DNA of 64,000 nt from NCBI GenBank assembly GCA_030704615.1, contig CM060732.1, positions 72,354,001 to 72,418,000 of the forward strand, in the 5' to 3' direction. Below are positions 25,643-38,161 of the stretch, in pieces (position 1 is the first letter of the stretch; every line of letters begins with the position of its first letter). Origin of the DNA: Takakia lepidozioides. Its lineage: Eukaryota; Plantae; Bryophyta. Position numbers and translations under genes: made by a program. The notes below the pieces were generated by a model, which did not search any database, had not been told where the DNA came from, and worked only from the letters and a program-made list of their open reading frames with translations.

Positions 25643-27492
25643 GATGCACCCAGCATTGGCAGCTTGGCCATCACTTACATTTTATGGTGGTCTCCTTTTG
25701 TCTCATCCTTTGCCCTCTGACAGACCTACACCAAAAGGGTTTGTACTTTTCAACAACCCCCCCTTGAGTTCGAGAGTTTTAGTTACTGCTGGAGCATAGT
25801 GGTAATGCGCAATCAACAGCCATTACAATCTAGTTTGTAAAACTGATGGTAATATTCTCCTTTAAGAAGAAAGAAATCAGACTCTGTAAGAAAGGAGATG
25901 AATCCATCTCAGGCTGCAATGAAAACTGGGTGTACTGCTCAGTACGTTGTGTGGTATGCATTGTCCCGTTGTTGGAGAAGCCACTTGTCTTCGTAAACTG
26001 TGCTGGTACTGGCAAGGAGGAGACTACTGCAGACGGCAACTCTTGGCTGAATCTTAAGGATGCCTTACAGGTTTGATGTCTTTACTTGAAAAATGACCAT
26101 ACCTTAAGGCCTCTCTAATGTAGCACTACTATGGTATATCATGTGGCCTGTTTAGGTGATGTCTGCTCTTGAATCAGATTGTTTGATGCATGGAGTCCTA
26201 TATTTCACTTCTCAAGTTAATATGAAACATTGTTGGAAATAGAGATGGAGCCTCAGGGGAAAGTATGTACTCATCTTCACTGTAGACTAGGTGTAGCCAT
26301 TTTTTTTGAATTAGCTGGTGGTCACTTTGCAGTACATCAGCAGAAGTGATGGGGCTGGAGGCTGTAGGTGGTGAGGATTGCCCAACTGCTGCTTGCCGAG
26401 GATGATATTTCTGGTGTCATTGCTCCCTATGCTGCTCAGGTACACACCACCATGAAATTTATTTCTAATTTCTACATGTTGCAAAGGTATGTCTTGTTAT
26501 AGTGTGCATTTAGGTTGTGAACTGGATGGGCTTCACTGGAGTCTTTCCAGGGAAGGTGCTGGAGAAGGGAACCCTAAGAGAACATCTGTTGGCCTTGCAT
26601 TTCAGGTCAGATTGCTGCGAGACCTTTTCCAAGCATCTGCAGGTCAGGATAAGGACAAGCTTGCAGCTTTGGAAGTGGCAACTGTAGACGGGTTTCAAGG
26701 GCGAGAAAAAGAGGTATACGTCACTGTTTTTTATCACAGTTGTCTCTCTCCAAGGCTACAGAAAACAATATCTCATGAATATACTTTTCCCATTCCACCC
26801 AAACTGGGCACGGGGTCTATGGCCACAAGACTACGGCAATCAACGTTTCATAAGTTCATCTCCCTCTCTCACTTTCAAGCTGGAAGAACTGACCCTGCTA
26901 GATGAAGCTGACTTGGAGGCTGCAGTATAGGAAACACGAAGAATGTCTGGTCAAAATGGAGTTAGGCATAAAACTTCCATGAACTTGTTTGCAGTTTGTG
27001 AAATGGGTGAGGACCTTAAAGATGACTTGAAGGGCCTACCTACCCTTGGCACTAGACTGAAATTTAAACTCAGAGCGGGAGTCTATTACAAAAGTAGGGT
27101 CTGTTCCCTCTTATTTCGCCCAAACTGGGCATGGGGTACAGCAAGGCTATAGCAAATGTTCTATGAGTGCATTCTTCGAGGTTACATGACCTCTTCACTA
27201 CCGGGGCTGTCATTTGAGAAAAGTGGTTTAACTCATGTTGCTATCTAAGGTGGATGATTGTCTGTTGGGTTGCATGCAGGTAATCATATTCAGTACAGTT
27301 CGTTCCAATACATATGGGCGGCTGGGATTCATGGTAGATCCCCGACGCATGAATGTAGCTCTCACAAGGGGAAAGCGGGGTTTGGTGGTTGTGGGCAGTG
27401 CCACAACACTGCAATCAGACAATCATTGGACCTTGTGGCTGCAACGCATTAGGAATGAGCAACTTTGGTATGATGAAGATGTTTTGCATTAG
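25643..27492 (+). pseudogene. Captured 3' exons of a UPF1/SEN1-like SF1 helicase (AAA_12 region), introns retained
   Basis: Exons encode RMHPALAAWPS..FYGGLL; PLVFVNC..SWLN; GVIAPYAAQ; VATVDGFQGREKE; VIIFSTVRSN..GF..DPRRMNVALTRGK. No Walker A half inside the element. Confidence 0.85.
26790..27170 (+). mobile_element. Two short 3' remnants of the same LINE family as 48350-53194, inside a helicase intron
   Basis: 26943-27080 encodes KTSMNLFAVCEMGEDLKDDLKGLPTLGTRLKFKLRAG (cf. LINE ORF2). ~26790-26858 and ~27115-27170 match the LINE 3' terminus (CAAACTGGGC..GGGGT..AAG.CTA.GGC..ATGAGT). Confidence 0.8.
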
Positions 27493-29275
27493 CTTAGGTA
27501 GCCACTGTCCGCGTGCCTGCCTGGTGTGCAATTTACACCATTGCACCCTTATCATGCCATTACCTTTGCATATGACAAAGATTAAGACATACACATGGTA
27601 TGATTAGAACACAATGCAAACATCCCTCTATTAGACAGCAAACTCTGTGAGCTAATTTCTTCCTGCAGACTCAGGCACAGGACACTTGAGTAAAGAGTTT
27701 GGTGTATCATAATGCAGTAGTAAGATGGAAGTCTTCCACAATCAACAGTAAACATTGTACAGTGTATACAATGTACAGTATCATTGTGTACAGTGACATC
27801 ATTCTACTGTATCACATGTACAATTGTTGTATCACATATAATGATCATTGTATTGTTGTATCATTGTCCTGTATCAGTGTGTATTATGGTATAGTGTGTA
27901 CAGTGTGTACAATGATACAGTTTGATAAATCCTTATGAAACCCTGGTGAAATGCTTTGATGTTGAGATATGTTTAATCCACTTAAGAGGATCATGCGGAC
28001 TGAATACACAAAGTAGTTAACCAGATCCATCACCCGTGGACAGAAGAGTTAAGAACTTCGAAGCCTGTCAAGGTAGCATTACCAACCTGTAGTGGATTGA
28101 ACGGTGAGTGTGCTGTGTCACAGCCTGATCTGTAAAGTCACAAGCCATCACGAACGCAAAAAGTAGAGCCAGGCTTAAAGTAACATCCACCAAACAGTAA
28201 ACCTTTGAACCATATATGATAAAACGAGGTTCAATAGATTTTGCTCATTCATAACCACATAAAAGCAACAATTGAAAGCAGTTAGTGTTGGAAGACAAAT
28301 CAAACCAGTGTTGCAAAACAAAATATATCCTTGAGAGTGATACTTGTATTCCAGGTATGAGAAACCCAATGAGCTTGTAGAATAGAAAGTATGTCACACA
28401 ACTCATTGTCACATCATATGCCATCAGGCTGAAGGGAAATCCTTATAGCCAAATGAAAAATGAATAGACCAGACATACTACCATATTATAAAGGTCAATC
28501 TTATTGGATTGTCACCTTTCAAAACTATGAATGCTAAGTAAATAGAAGTTGCTGTCACTTGAAGGTACATGACAAATCCTTAGAAAGAAAATAGCAGCAC
28601 GGAAGGCACTGCAGAGGCAGGAGCAGTTCCAATGCGTTATTGTACCATATATAAAGAGACAATTCCCTACAAAAACCACTGAAGTAGCCGGGGAGGCAAG
28701 CACATATGCCTGTAGCGGACTTGTGAGGGTTGCATCATCTGAACAGCATTGGAGGTGACACCTGCCATCATTGTCCCTGCACATAGGAATCGAAACAATG
28801 TGAGTGACTGTGAATAGGAATCCGAGACATTGTATCACATTAATGTCACACCGTCACTGACAGATACCTTGAGGAGTAAGATCTACCTTGTCCAAGTAAT
28901 GGTTGTGGTAGCTTCACAGATGTTCTCCAAAATGCCTTCCACCCAACAACAATCCCTAAGCAGTGGCTTAAGCCATTGCGTTCAGCAATGTACTGAAGAG
29001 AAGTCCAAACCCAACGAGATCTGACTTTTATCAACAGGTGGAAAGCATGAGCCACATGTGTCAGAATAGGCAAGGTCTCTTTCAACTGGTGAGAGATCAC
29101 GAGAGCTGACATTAATTCATATTTGTGGCTCTCCTTAATTGAGGACACACCACAATTGCCAAGAAAGAACCTATTTGAAACTCAGAGCCTTCAGAGTAGT
29201 ATAAATACAATGAATTACACCTAAGTTGACTCAAAGGTGGCTTTTCAAATCACATGATAAGCTGTCATATCTCAC

Positions 29276-29388
29276 CAATGTGGATCTGCCTCTGCAGGAA
29301 TTCCTATGAGAAGAGCTGCAATTACGCCTACGCATGTTCCAATCTGGCAAAAGCTCCCATGTGCTCCTCTAACCTAGGTAGGTGCAAC
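29276..29388 (-). pseudogene. Captured exon of a plastid glucose transporter-like (MFS sugar porter) gene
   Basis: AG|VAPT*VRGAHGSFCQIGTCVGVIAALLIGIPAEADPHW|GT resembles the EVAPT..RG..G..CQ.GTC.G....LGIPAE.DPHW segment of plant pGlcT-like proteins. One internal stop. Confidence 0.7.
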
Positions 29389-29804
29389 CTGAAGACAATA
29401 CACACACAACTGGACGATGAATACTGCTAAAGTCCACATGACCACCATGATAAACTGTTATGAAGTTACTACAGAACCTGTGGAGATCATTAAGTGCTGT
29501 CATTCTAAGCATACAACAACATCAGATCAACTACAAAAAGCACAAGCAAATGCCAAAGTGAGCTTTCTTGATAATCGTACAAGCAAGCCCTACAAACCGA
29601 GTGCTTGAACTGACAAAGAACTGGTCAGTCCAGATTCATGACATCATCTAACAGATCTAAACTGGACAGGAAATCACACACTGACAAGTTATGCTTGCCA
29701 GCTGGCTGGGTCAGATGTCTATCTTCTTTCCACATGTAACATAACACAAATATGTTAGGCACCTCTAGTTCATGGATTACAGGCTCCATAATTTCATTCC
29801 CACT

Positions 29805-30150
29805 TTACAAGTAAATCTTGCCTCCAGATAGAAGTAGCAGAGAGCCTCCACATCCTGCCACCTCAATGTCCTGAGCAGATTTAATCATGCATTCTTGGAG
29901 CTCTGGCAGCAATCTCGTTTGAGCAGCAACTGTTCTCACTTGCCAACAGTTGAAGCCTTGCAAAGTATCAGAAAGCCCCACTTGGTCATCAGACGATGCC
30001 CAACATTCTGTTTTCTTCTCCGCTACACTTGTAAGCCTTAGGCCCAGAAGCAATTGCTTTAAATTGAAAGTGTGGAAGTATTCCATCAGAGAAGCTTTGA
30101 TTGGTAAGTCTGGAGTTACAACCCCATTGATCAGTCCCAGTGAAGGGCCT
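29805..30150 (-). other. Probable captured exon of an unidentified gene inside the Pack-MULE
   Basis: ~115 open codons after a TGCAG acceptor-like site; no family recognised. Confidence 0.3.
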
Positions 30151-33100
30151 CTGCATGTCTGCACACATAACCACAGGCTCACGATTAGAAACAAAAGAGA
30201 TGTATCAACCACAGTGTACAGTGATTCATAGTCATGTCATACCAGAATTCGAGTGGAAACCTAAGAACACTGTATTGAATGAAGCTCCATCGAGCAATAT
30301 GCTCCTCTGAAAACTTGAGGAAACTACTGACATGGAATCAGCGTTAGTGGCGGCAGACTTACATATAGACCATAATAGAAAATGTACTCGAGCTGAAACA
30401 TTGACAATGCATCTTACCCGATGGCCCTAGGTTTTCGAAATCTTTATGCTTGCTTGTAAGGAAGTTATTTAAGATACTGGAAACAGGAATTCGAGCTCAC
30501 AAGTTGAATTATATCAACCTCGGGAATCCCCACGAACCAGTCTGGAGCGGGAAAGTACATTCCAACCCTGAAGCTCTAAATACAACCAAGTCGGTTACAA
30601 AACATGACATTGTGAGGATATAGATTAACCTACTTACAATGTGAAGTGCTATCCTCCCCGAGAACTACTTTACAAACTAAAGACCTTTGTCTTTGACATC
30701 CTCACATCATTCTGTTAGCCAAAAACTTATAAAAGTCTCTTTGTATCTATATGCACCACCCTCTTCGTCAAAAGCACATAAGTATCAGTTCAGAGTAACT
30801 GTGACACACGGATGGAAAAGATGGAAGTTCCAGCTTAAATGACATGGTGATTGTCAAGATGATCTACTCAACTTTGCTAGAAATTCACACCTTCAGCTTA
30901 CCACACATGATTGTTAAACCCCATAAATGCACTTACATGGATCCCGGCAACACATGGCCAGCGAATGACCCCATTTCGAATGTTGGTTCTCGTTGTTCTA
31001 TTTACTGAGCGTCGTTGGTCTTCCGTAATCTATCTCAGCAACCATTCCTTGCTTCCTCATCTAATCGAGCACCATTCCCACGATCTCCTTCCTCCCCTTG
31101 CCTGTGTGTAGTGTGTACGCACCTGTCAACGTGGGAAAGACCCAGGGACAACTGAATGTCTATGCTATAATTGCGCTCTAGTACGATGGATGTATTTGTT
31201 GCATTCATGGGGCATGCATGATGAATGCGTGCAATACAATAATACTGAGTGAGAATGTGCGACAGTATTTTAGCGAGCAATGGAGCCGGCGCCGGGGCGG
31301 CGGGTGGAGCGGGAGGGGGGCGCCTGACGCGGCGATTATGGGCCGCGACGCTGCCGCGAGGGGGCCGAGGCGGAGGGCGGGGGTGGGGCCACGCAGGCAG
31401 GCCCGCTGAGGCAGCATTCAACTCCCGGGCCTCATATATCACTTGCCGGTTCTCTGGGTTTGTGAAGATTGATATTTAAATCTCTGATAAAAATCCTTGG
31501 ACAATTTTTCGGTGGTCGATCATATAAATTTTATAAATTTTGCAAAACGTTATGAAGAGAAAGCAAATGTGGTTTGTATATTACAATGACATGTATGGCT
31601 CTGCGGGAATTTAGATTAAAAGACGCAACAATGAATTTTGCACCGTTGTGTGTTTGGATTTCATAATTTTGAAGCGAGGTGATTTTATCAATGGTTGTTC
31701 CGTGTCCGTCATTACACGATAGGTCTTGAGAAACAATTCTTAGATATAATGACCAATTTTGATTATTTGGATGCTAACGGATTTCGTTTAAACATAATAA
31801 TGTTCGTAGAACGAACATTTAACACTTGAACAAAATGTGTGCGATATAGGAGTAGTTGCAAAATTTGATGTGGATAGTTTCCATCTTGCAGTTGTTTGTA
31901 GTATGTTAATTTCTTCACATATAATATCATCCAGATGGAAATTTTTGTCTGATAATGGAGCTACGAGATATAGATTTTGTCGTTCCCTTACGTGCAATAA
32001 AACTGTGTATGTCAATCCATGCCTGTTCACGTTTGTTGGGTCAAATGCGAGACAATCCATGGTCAATCCATGCACTATGTGTATAGTATGTGCTGATGTG
32101 AGCTCAATTGGGAACTAAATACGAATTATTATGTGGTTAGGATTATCCGTGAATTGATTTTTTTTAATTTTGGCTGCAATTGGAGTCCAAGATTTGTATA
32201 CATCGTTGTTGTTTTGATGTACGTGTGAATAAGAAGCTCCTGTTTCATGTCCTATTCGTTCATTAGGAAAATATATCCAAATTAGCGAATGTGGTGATGA
32301 AGTTTGTCAACTCCATTTACTAAACCATCTTGGATGTCATAGTTGCCTCCACACAATTCTACAAGCATGTTGGGTTTCACGCGCACAATTCTACCCGCAG
32401 TTTTATTGACATCTTGATGTGTGAAAGACATAACGGATGAAGAACGTCTATTGCTTTGAATGAAAAAAATTGTCGAAATGTTTGATAAAAAGTGTTTTCA
32501 TTGTGTGCTTGAATACATGCGTTTGTGAAAAACAAATGAGGTAATGTTGGATCTGACGGCGGTGACCTATAACATGCACTATTCGTGTTTTTAATATCAT
32601 CAATGAAATGTGACGTCGTTCGAAATCGATTTACGATTTCAATAAATGTTTAATTATTTTGTCACATGACTTTTGTTAATGTGTAGCATCTTATTTTATC
32701 ATGTCAAAAATAAACATTACATGTATTCGTTTGATTTTTTTTTTATCTTGAATATCCAAGTATCTCTAACTGGTGGGACTTCATAAAAATCACTAGTGAC
32801 AATGACATCTAAATTTTCAAAAAGTTTGTTGTGTATGCGTTTCATAGCACGCAATTTTTTGTCTATGATGAGAACATTCGACTACCTACAAAAGAGATTT
32901 CATCTATCACTACTAGTTCTAATTGGTCATATTGTTTAATTAGTGTGTCACGTCTGTCATTAGTAAGCGATGTCGAATTTTTATGATTTAAAGGTATACC
33001 TAAGTTTAAATGGATTGTATTTAGTTTAATATAAATAAATAAATAAATTAATTACTTCTTTTTATTTTTATTTTTATTTTTTCTGTATATGCTTGGAGGG

Positions 33101-35519
33101 TCGAAGAAAAGCTTTTGAAGAGTGACATCAAAGTTTTTCAGTGTCAAGCTGGAGGATTTCTCCATCATGAGCTTCCCTCCCAATGATGGAAGGACAATCG
33201 ATCTCGATGAAGTGGTATTGTTAGTCTATACTCGCAAAGGCCTAACATTGTTGGATCGATTGGATATGAAAGAAGCTTATATAGAGCTATTGACGGAGGA
33301 AGGAAGAAGGGGGGAGGGGGTGTTGGCTTCAGCATCAGGTGTCCATGATGACAAGAGTGTAAGGTTGGAGGCAAGATTTGTGGAGCTCGAAGCGGAAGTT
33401 ACGCGGCTTAAGGCGAAGAGTGCAGGGCTCAAGACGGAGGTTACATGACTCAAGACACAGGTTGCGGGGCTCAAAGCTAGCCATAGCGTAGCACATACTT
33501 CTTTCTCCTTGAATCTTGCGTCCAAGACCGTTTGTAATGAAAGACCACTCTTACCTAAGAAGGGAAGGATGACCTTCACTTGACTTAATTTGAAGTACAT
33601 CTCTGATAAATAAAATACTTATGACTCTAAATGAGCCTCAAGCCTATGTCGCGCATTGCCATCCCTCCCTAAAACAATAAGATCGTGGACAAATACTTGG
33701 AGAAGTTTTCAATATTCGTGCAATTAGTTATTGGGTTTTCGGTCTCAGTCCACATGTCAATAGTTTCGTTTGTTGCAAATTCTTTTCTTCTAAGCTGTGC
33801 TAATCCAAATTATTTGCGTTGTTGTTAGGTAGTTTGTACACAAAATTTTCTCTCATGTACTCAACTTCGATTTGTTCATCATAAAAACGTTAACGACCGT
33901 CCATTAAATTGGATTTTGATTCTCGAAACAGACAAAATAATAACAATTGTTCTCGATAATAGTTTTCTAGATCTTGATGTATATTATAATTCCATACCGA
34001 ATAATGTTGTCTCTTCGATTTTTTTTGTTGTGTTTTACTATTGTTTCAGCAAGACAAAGATGTTTGAGTGATTTTGGATGACCCACATATTTATCAATGT
34101 TTTATTCACATTTAACGTTGTGGAATCTGGAAGAAGATCTTGTAAATGACTGTGCGCCGGTTATATTTCTCACTAGGCTCTGGATGTCCTGATGCATTGT
34201 TCATGCAAATTATGTAATACAACCAAAGATTTCGCATCCAATCACTCAAACGGGGATTAGTAGGTCAGAGCTCAGCCAAAAATGAAGAGGGTCATAAAGT
34301 TCGAATTATGGAAATCAAATCTTACTCTGATTGAAGAAATACACGAGAGCTTTCACTCTCGTGAGTGCTGCAAGACGTTTGAATGGATGAAGGCGAATGA
34401 CGGTCTCTGCCAACACCAAATCATCTTTTTCCATCATGCTAACATCAGCAAATCCCACAATCTGCCAAAGAGTTATCTCACAGATGTGCAGAGCATGAAT
34501 TTCAATGATGCAGATCAGATCCAAGCTATAAGAAACAAAACCTCATTCATGAGATTGCACAAGCAAGATCATACAAAACTTAAACCAAAACCCAGTTTCT
34601 TCAATATCCTACCACCTGTAGCTCCAACCTTGACAAGATACAAAGAATTGGTTCCCTTCTGCGCGGTTGGTGTTATTATTATTATTATTATTTTCTGTAG
34701 TGGTAGACATCGTGGTATGACTACCTTGTCATCACTACCAATGAAATACACCTCATGGGTAATGCCGCATGCATCTAACTCAAAACCTAGAACAGCTCGA
34801 AATTGCTCGACAATCCCAGCTAGGTATACATCGATCTCTAGGTTTGCACTGGTATGAATGGGCGTTCTTCGGGAGACCATGTGCTAATGAAAGAACATGT
34901 TCTTGTCATCTTGATGAATGATGTAACGGTATTGAAAAAGTGAATATACGGCTAATTGAGTAGACATTTGTTGAGCATTCAAGAGAGCATTGCCCATTTG
35001 TTTAGTACGTTTTGTGGCTTCAGTTTGTTCTTGTTTGCATATCGCGAGAACTTGTTGTAGTTCTTTTGTGATGGTTTATCGACTGTTGTGATATGATGTA
35101 CAATATGTAGCGGTTGCATAGAGAGATATCTAAAATGAATTGTACATGAGTAGTTGTTTGCCACAAAGGACATGCAATTTTGCCAAACGCATTATTACGT
35201 ATGTCTTTTGGTTTGCGTTCCAAAAATATAGTAAGCTTCGTAAGTCTGCTTCTTATACAGCTATGTGTTTATCTTTGTCCACTCGTAATAATGACAAATT
35301 ATTTTCAAATGAAATATCTTTTTCAAGCCATTTTGTATAGTGCGTCAAAAATACATGATGCATTGTAGTTCGTCAGTAACGGAGTTAAAATTCTTATTTG
35401 TTTCATTGGAGTCAATTGTTTGTTGAGTATGTTACGGTAAGGTCATAGTACATGATGTGGAACTCACTCTTGGTTGTTTATGGTGTAAATGCAGTGAAGC
35501 ATTGGAGTGACTGCACATC

Positions 35520-36803
35520 TGTGATATGTGTGCACCTATCCTACAAATTCCATTGAACTTTCTTATTTTGATTTGTGACAAAGGCTACACCGGGCTGTTA
35601 GCTAGTGGGACAAATCATGAAATGTACAACTTATGAGGGTGACACGCACGTTATGCTGCCCCCCCTATTCTGGGTGGAGGATTTTGGGACAACAATGTTG
35701 TTTTGTAAATGTTAAAACCAGATGTTTTGTATAATCTATCTATATGTAACTGTTGTTGTCTCAAATTGTGAGGTCCCTATCATTCAGCTTAATGCAAATG
35801 GTGCAATAAAGAGGTATATGTCATTAACCTTCCATTGATTTGTTTTTTTTTTTGCTTTTGTGGTGTACAGTTGCAGCGCATTTTTGTAGGCTAGTATATT
35901 TATTTTGTATTAATAAATCCATAACCCTAATCTATTTATATCTCACGGTCATGTGGAGTAGTTTATGCATACAGTAGTTTGACTACGAAGACACATACCT
36001 AAATAGTTCGAGTAGGCTATATGGCTGCAGTAGCAATAAAAGACAAAACTTACAAACACATGCATGACTACATTTAATAGGCAGTATGACTATATGAAGA
36101 CGTATGAAGGACTCTAATCATCCAAAGATGCAATTCAAACTAACCATCAGTTCGATAACAATTGTTGATAATTGATGGGTTCCAAACCAATAAAATAAAT
36201 AAATGTGAACCGATTATTTGATGCCACGTGTACAAATCAAATGCTTGTTCATAGTCGCGGTTATGACTGGACAACCGTGTAGTACATAGTGACACGTCCA
36301 TTCTCCTGGGCAGACACGTTCTACGTTATACTACTAGCATAGCCATGGAAATGACTCTAAATATTATACAATTCAAAATTAAACAACTGCTATGATGCCA
36401 CGTGTTCAGAACTCATTCCGTTTGTAGTTGGAATACTGAATGCAAGACCTCCGCCGTTGAGCCACATGGCGATTTCTTAATCGTCCATGTGCTCGCCAAA
36501 GATCTTTACAAATGACGCACATCTGTTGCGCTTTCTAGAGCACAAGAGATAGACGCGTGTGCATATCGCAACCATCCACAGTCAGTCATATAATCTAGAC
36601 AAATGTATGATTGTATCGCTAATAGTGATGGATATGACATGGTTCATATGACTACCATTTTCCTGATTATAGATGACTATGCCATCTGGACTCATTTTAC
36701 TACGTGGTCTTGCATGACTTTGTAGTCGCGCCGTCATATATACCTTTTACGACTGCGAGAGAGTCATTCTTGCAGTCGTATATACCGCATTTTGTTGTCT
36801 GTG
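35520..36803. mobile_element. Diverged copy of the CACTA-like terminal sequence at 5750-6708
   Basis: Collinear shared motifs (GTGCACCTATCCT, GATTTTGGGAC, CATAGTCG.GGTT.TGACTG, ATGATGCCACGTGT, TGGTTCAT.TGACT, GTC.TATATACCG..TGTTGT..GTG). Confidence 0.55.
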
Positions 36804-38161
36804 TTTATGACATGTATGTCTATGATGATGAAGCTGCAGTTCGCAAATGTCTTTTGGAAGTAGTTCGCTATTGCAAATAACGAATTTATCGATGTCTGAT
36901 TCTATTTCAGAGTCTTGAACCAAAGAGTTGAGCCAATGATCATGGCCCAGCTTGGCCTGAATATCTTTTGCATGGCGGATACAAGACTCCAGAATCTAAC
37001 AGAGCATATGGTCACAAGGTATAAGGCGCCAATGATCACCACAAAGCTGACTGGAATGCATAATTATAGGCGGTCCAAGGGCTGTGCAAGGTGGCTATCT
37101 ATCTTGTCTGCATAGATTGGAGAAGACTCTAATAAGATGATCACTCTCATATTTTCTTGCTAACAACAGTCGCGATTCAAAATTACAAGGGTCTCCGTTC
37201 GCACAGGCGATTATCCATAGTTGTCCCAATATTTTTCAGAATGTTGCCCCATGTACTATGTATACTTAACAGTTTTAAGTGGACCATCTGCTCTGTCTCT
37301 GTTGATTGAGAGGCTGTGCTGTGTTGTTACAGATGTTGTTTCTGTCTCGATTTGTGGCCATGAACTCTATTTACAAATTGGGTGCTTCTTCCTATGCTCT
37401 CTGACCAAGTATCACTGTCCATCTCTTGGCATTTGTAATGTGGGCCCGCGAAGATTAGCAGCTCCCCTTCCCCAACAAATCTAAGAGAGATCAACATCCA
37501 GAGACCAAATAAAGAGGAAGAGGCTCCCACCTCCATATCAATCTTCTTACTGGAAGCAGAGGCACAAGCTTGCAAGTCAGTGCTGGAAGCCTCAATTATG
37601 GCAGACATGACCATCCTCCATGCCCCAGTTTACGGGGTATACCTAGTGAGGACAATGGTTCTGGAGAGTAGGATACAGGAAGCCAACAATATTTTTGAAA
37701 CCTGCAGAAGAGGAAAATCTCGTTTTTCCCCAAACATCACTCCGTGATCTACGAAGAGGATTCATGCATGTCTAATCCTTTTTCTATGCACCAAACATCC
37801 TGGGATGAAGGAGGCAGCACCGCTCTTGACTCTTGACTCTTGACCATAATAGTGTTGAAGCTACTATACCAAGGATTCTGCCACCTCCAAAATGAAGGAT
37901 GAGATCTAAGAAGGATCCAAGGCATGGATAATCTGAACCTTAGCGTTCTTCCTCTGGACATTGGTAACCATTACCATTATCCTTGCGCATGCAAATGAGC
38001 GGCTCAGTGCAGGACAGCAACTAGTCACACATGCCGAATGTTTGAAGATGGCAACGAGCATAAACAGCTGAAGTATTGCACAAAAACTGACTCATACACA
38101 AGGTGGCAGATACAAAACAGAAAGCAAAATCCTGTGTATTGTGGACTCATATAAGCCAGTT

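Larger units (their letters stand above)
24759..31449. mobile_element. Pack-MULE-like element with ~250-bp GC-rich TIRs and a 9-bp TSD
   Basis: TIRs ~24759-25008 and ~31185-31449. TSD TTCTCTGGG at 24750-24758 and 31450-31458. Removing the element restores an in-frame endonuclease sequence. Confidence 0.9.
24560..35400 (-). mobile_element. Decayed Helentron-type rolling-circle element (Rep C-terminal region, Pif1 helicase, AP-like endonuclease), interrupted by insertions
   Basis: Rep region ERKPKDIRNNAF..LWQ..HVQFILD and MGNALLNAQQMSTQLAVY (34870-35220). Pif1 motifs VVIDEISFVG, VIVTSDFYEVPPVRD (32760-32920) and HGLTMDCLAFD..HGLTY (31970-32075). Endonuclease IRDLNINL (31460-31500) continuing to PTT..QLDHIWIN..WPDHKP (24580-24750). 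Confidence 0.8.

Noticed and set aside
27715-27925. Cys/Tyr/Val-rich ORF 27699-27938
   Set aside because: TGTA/TACA low-complexity repeat, not protein-coding.
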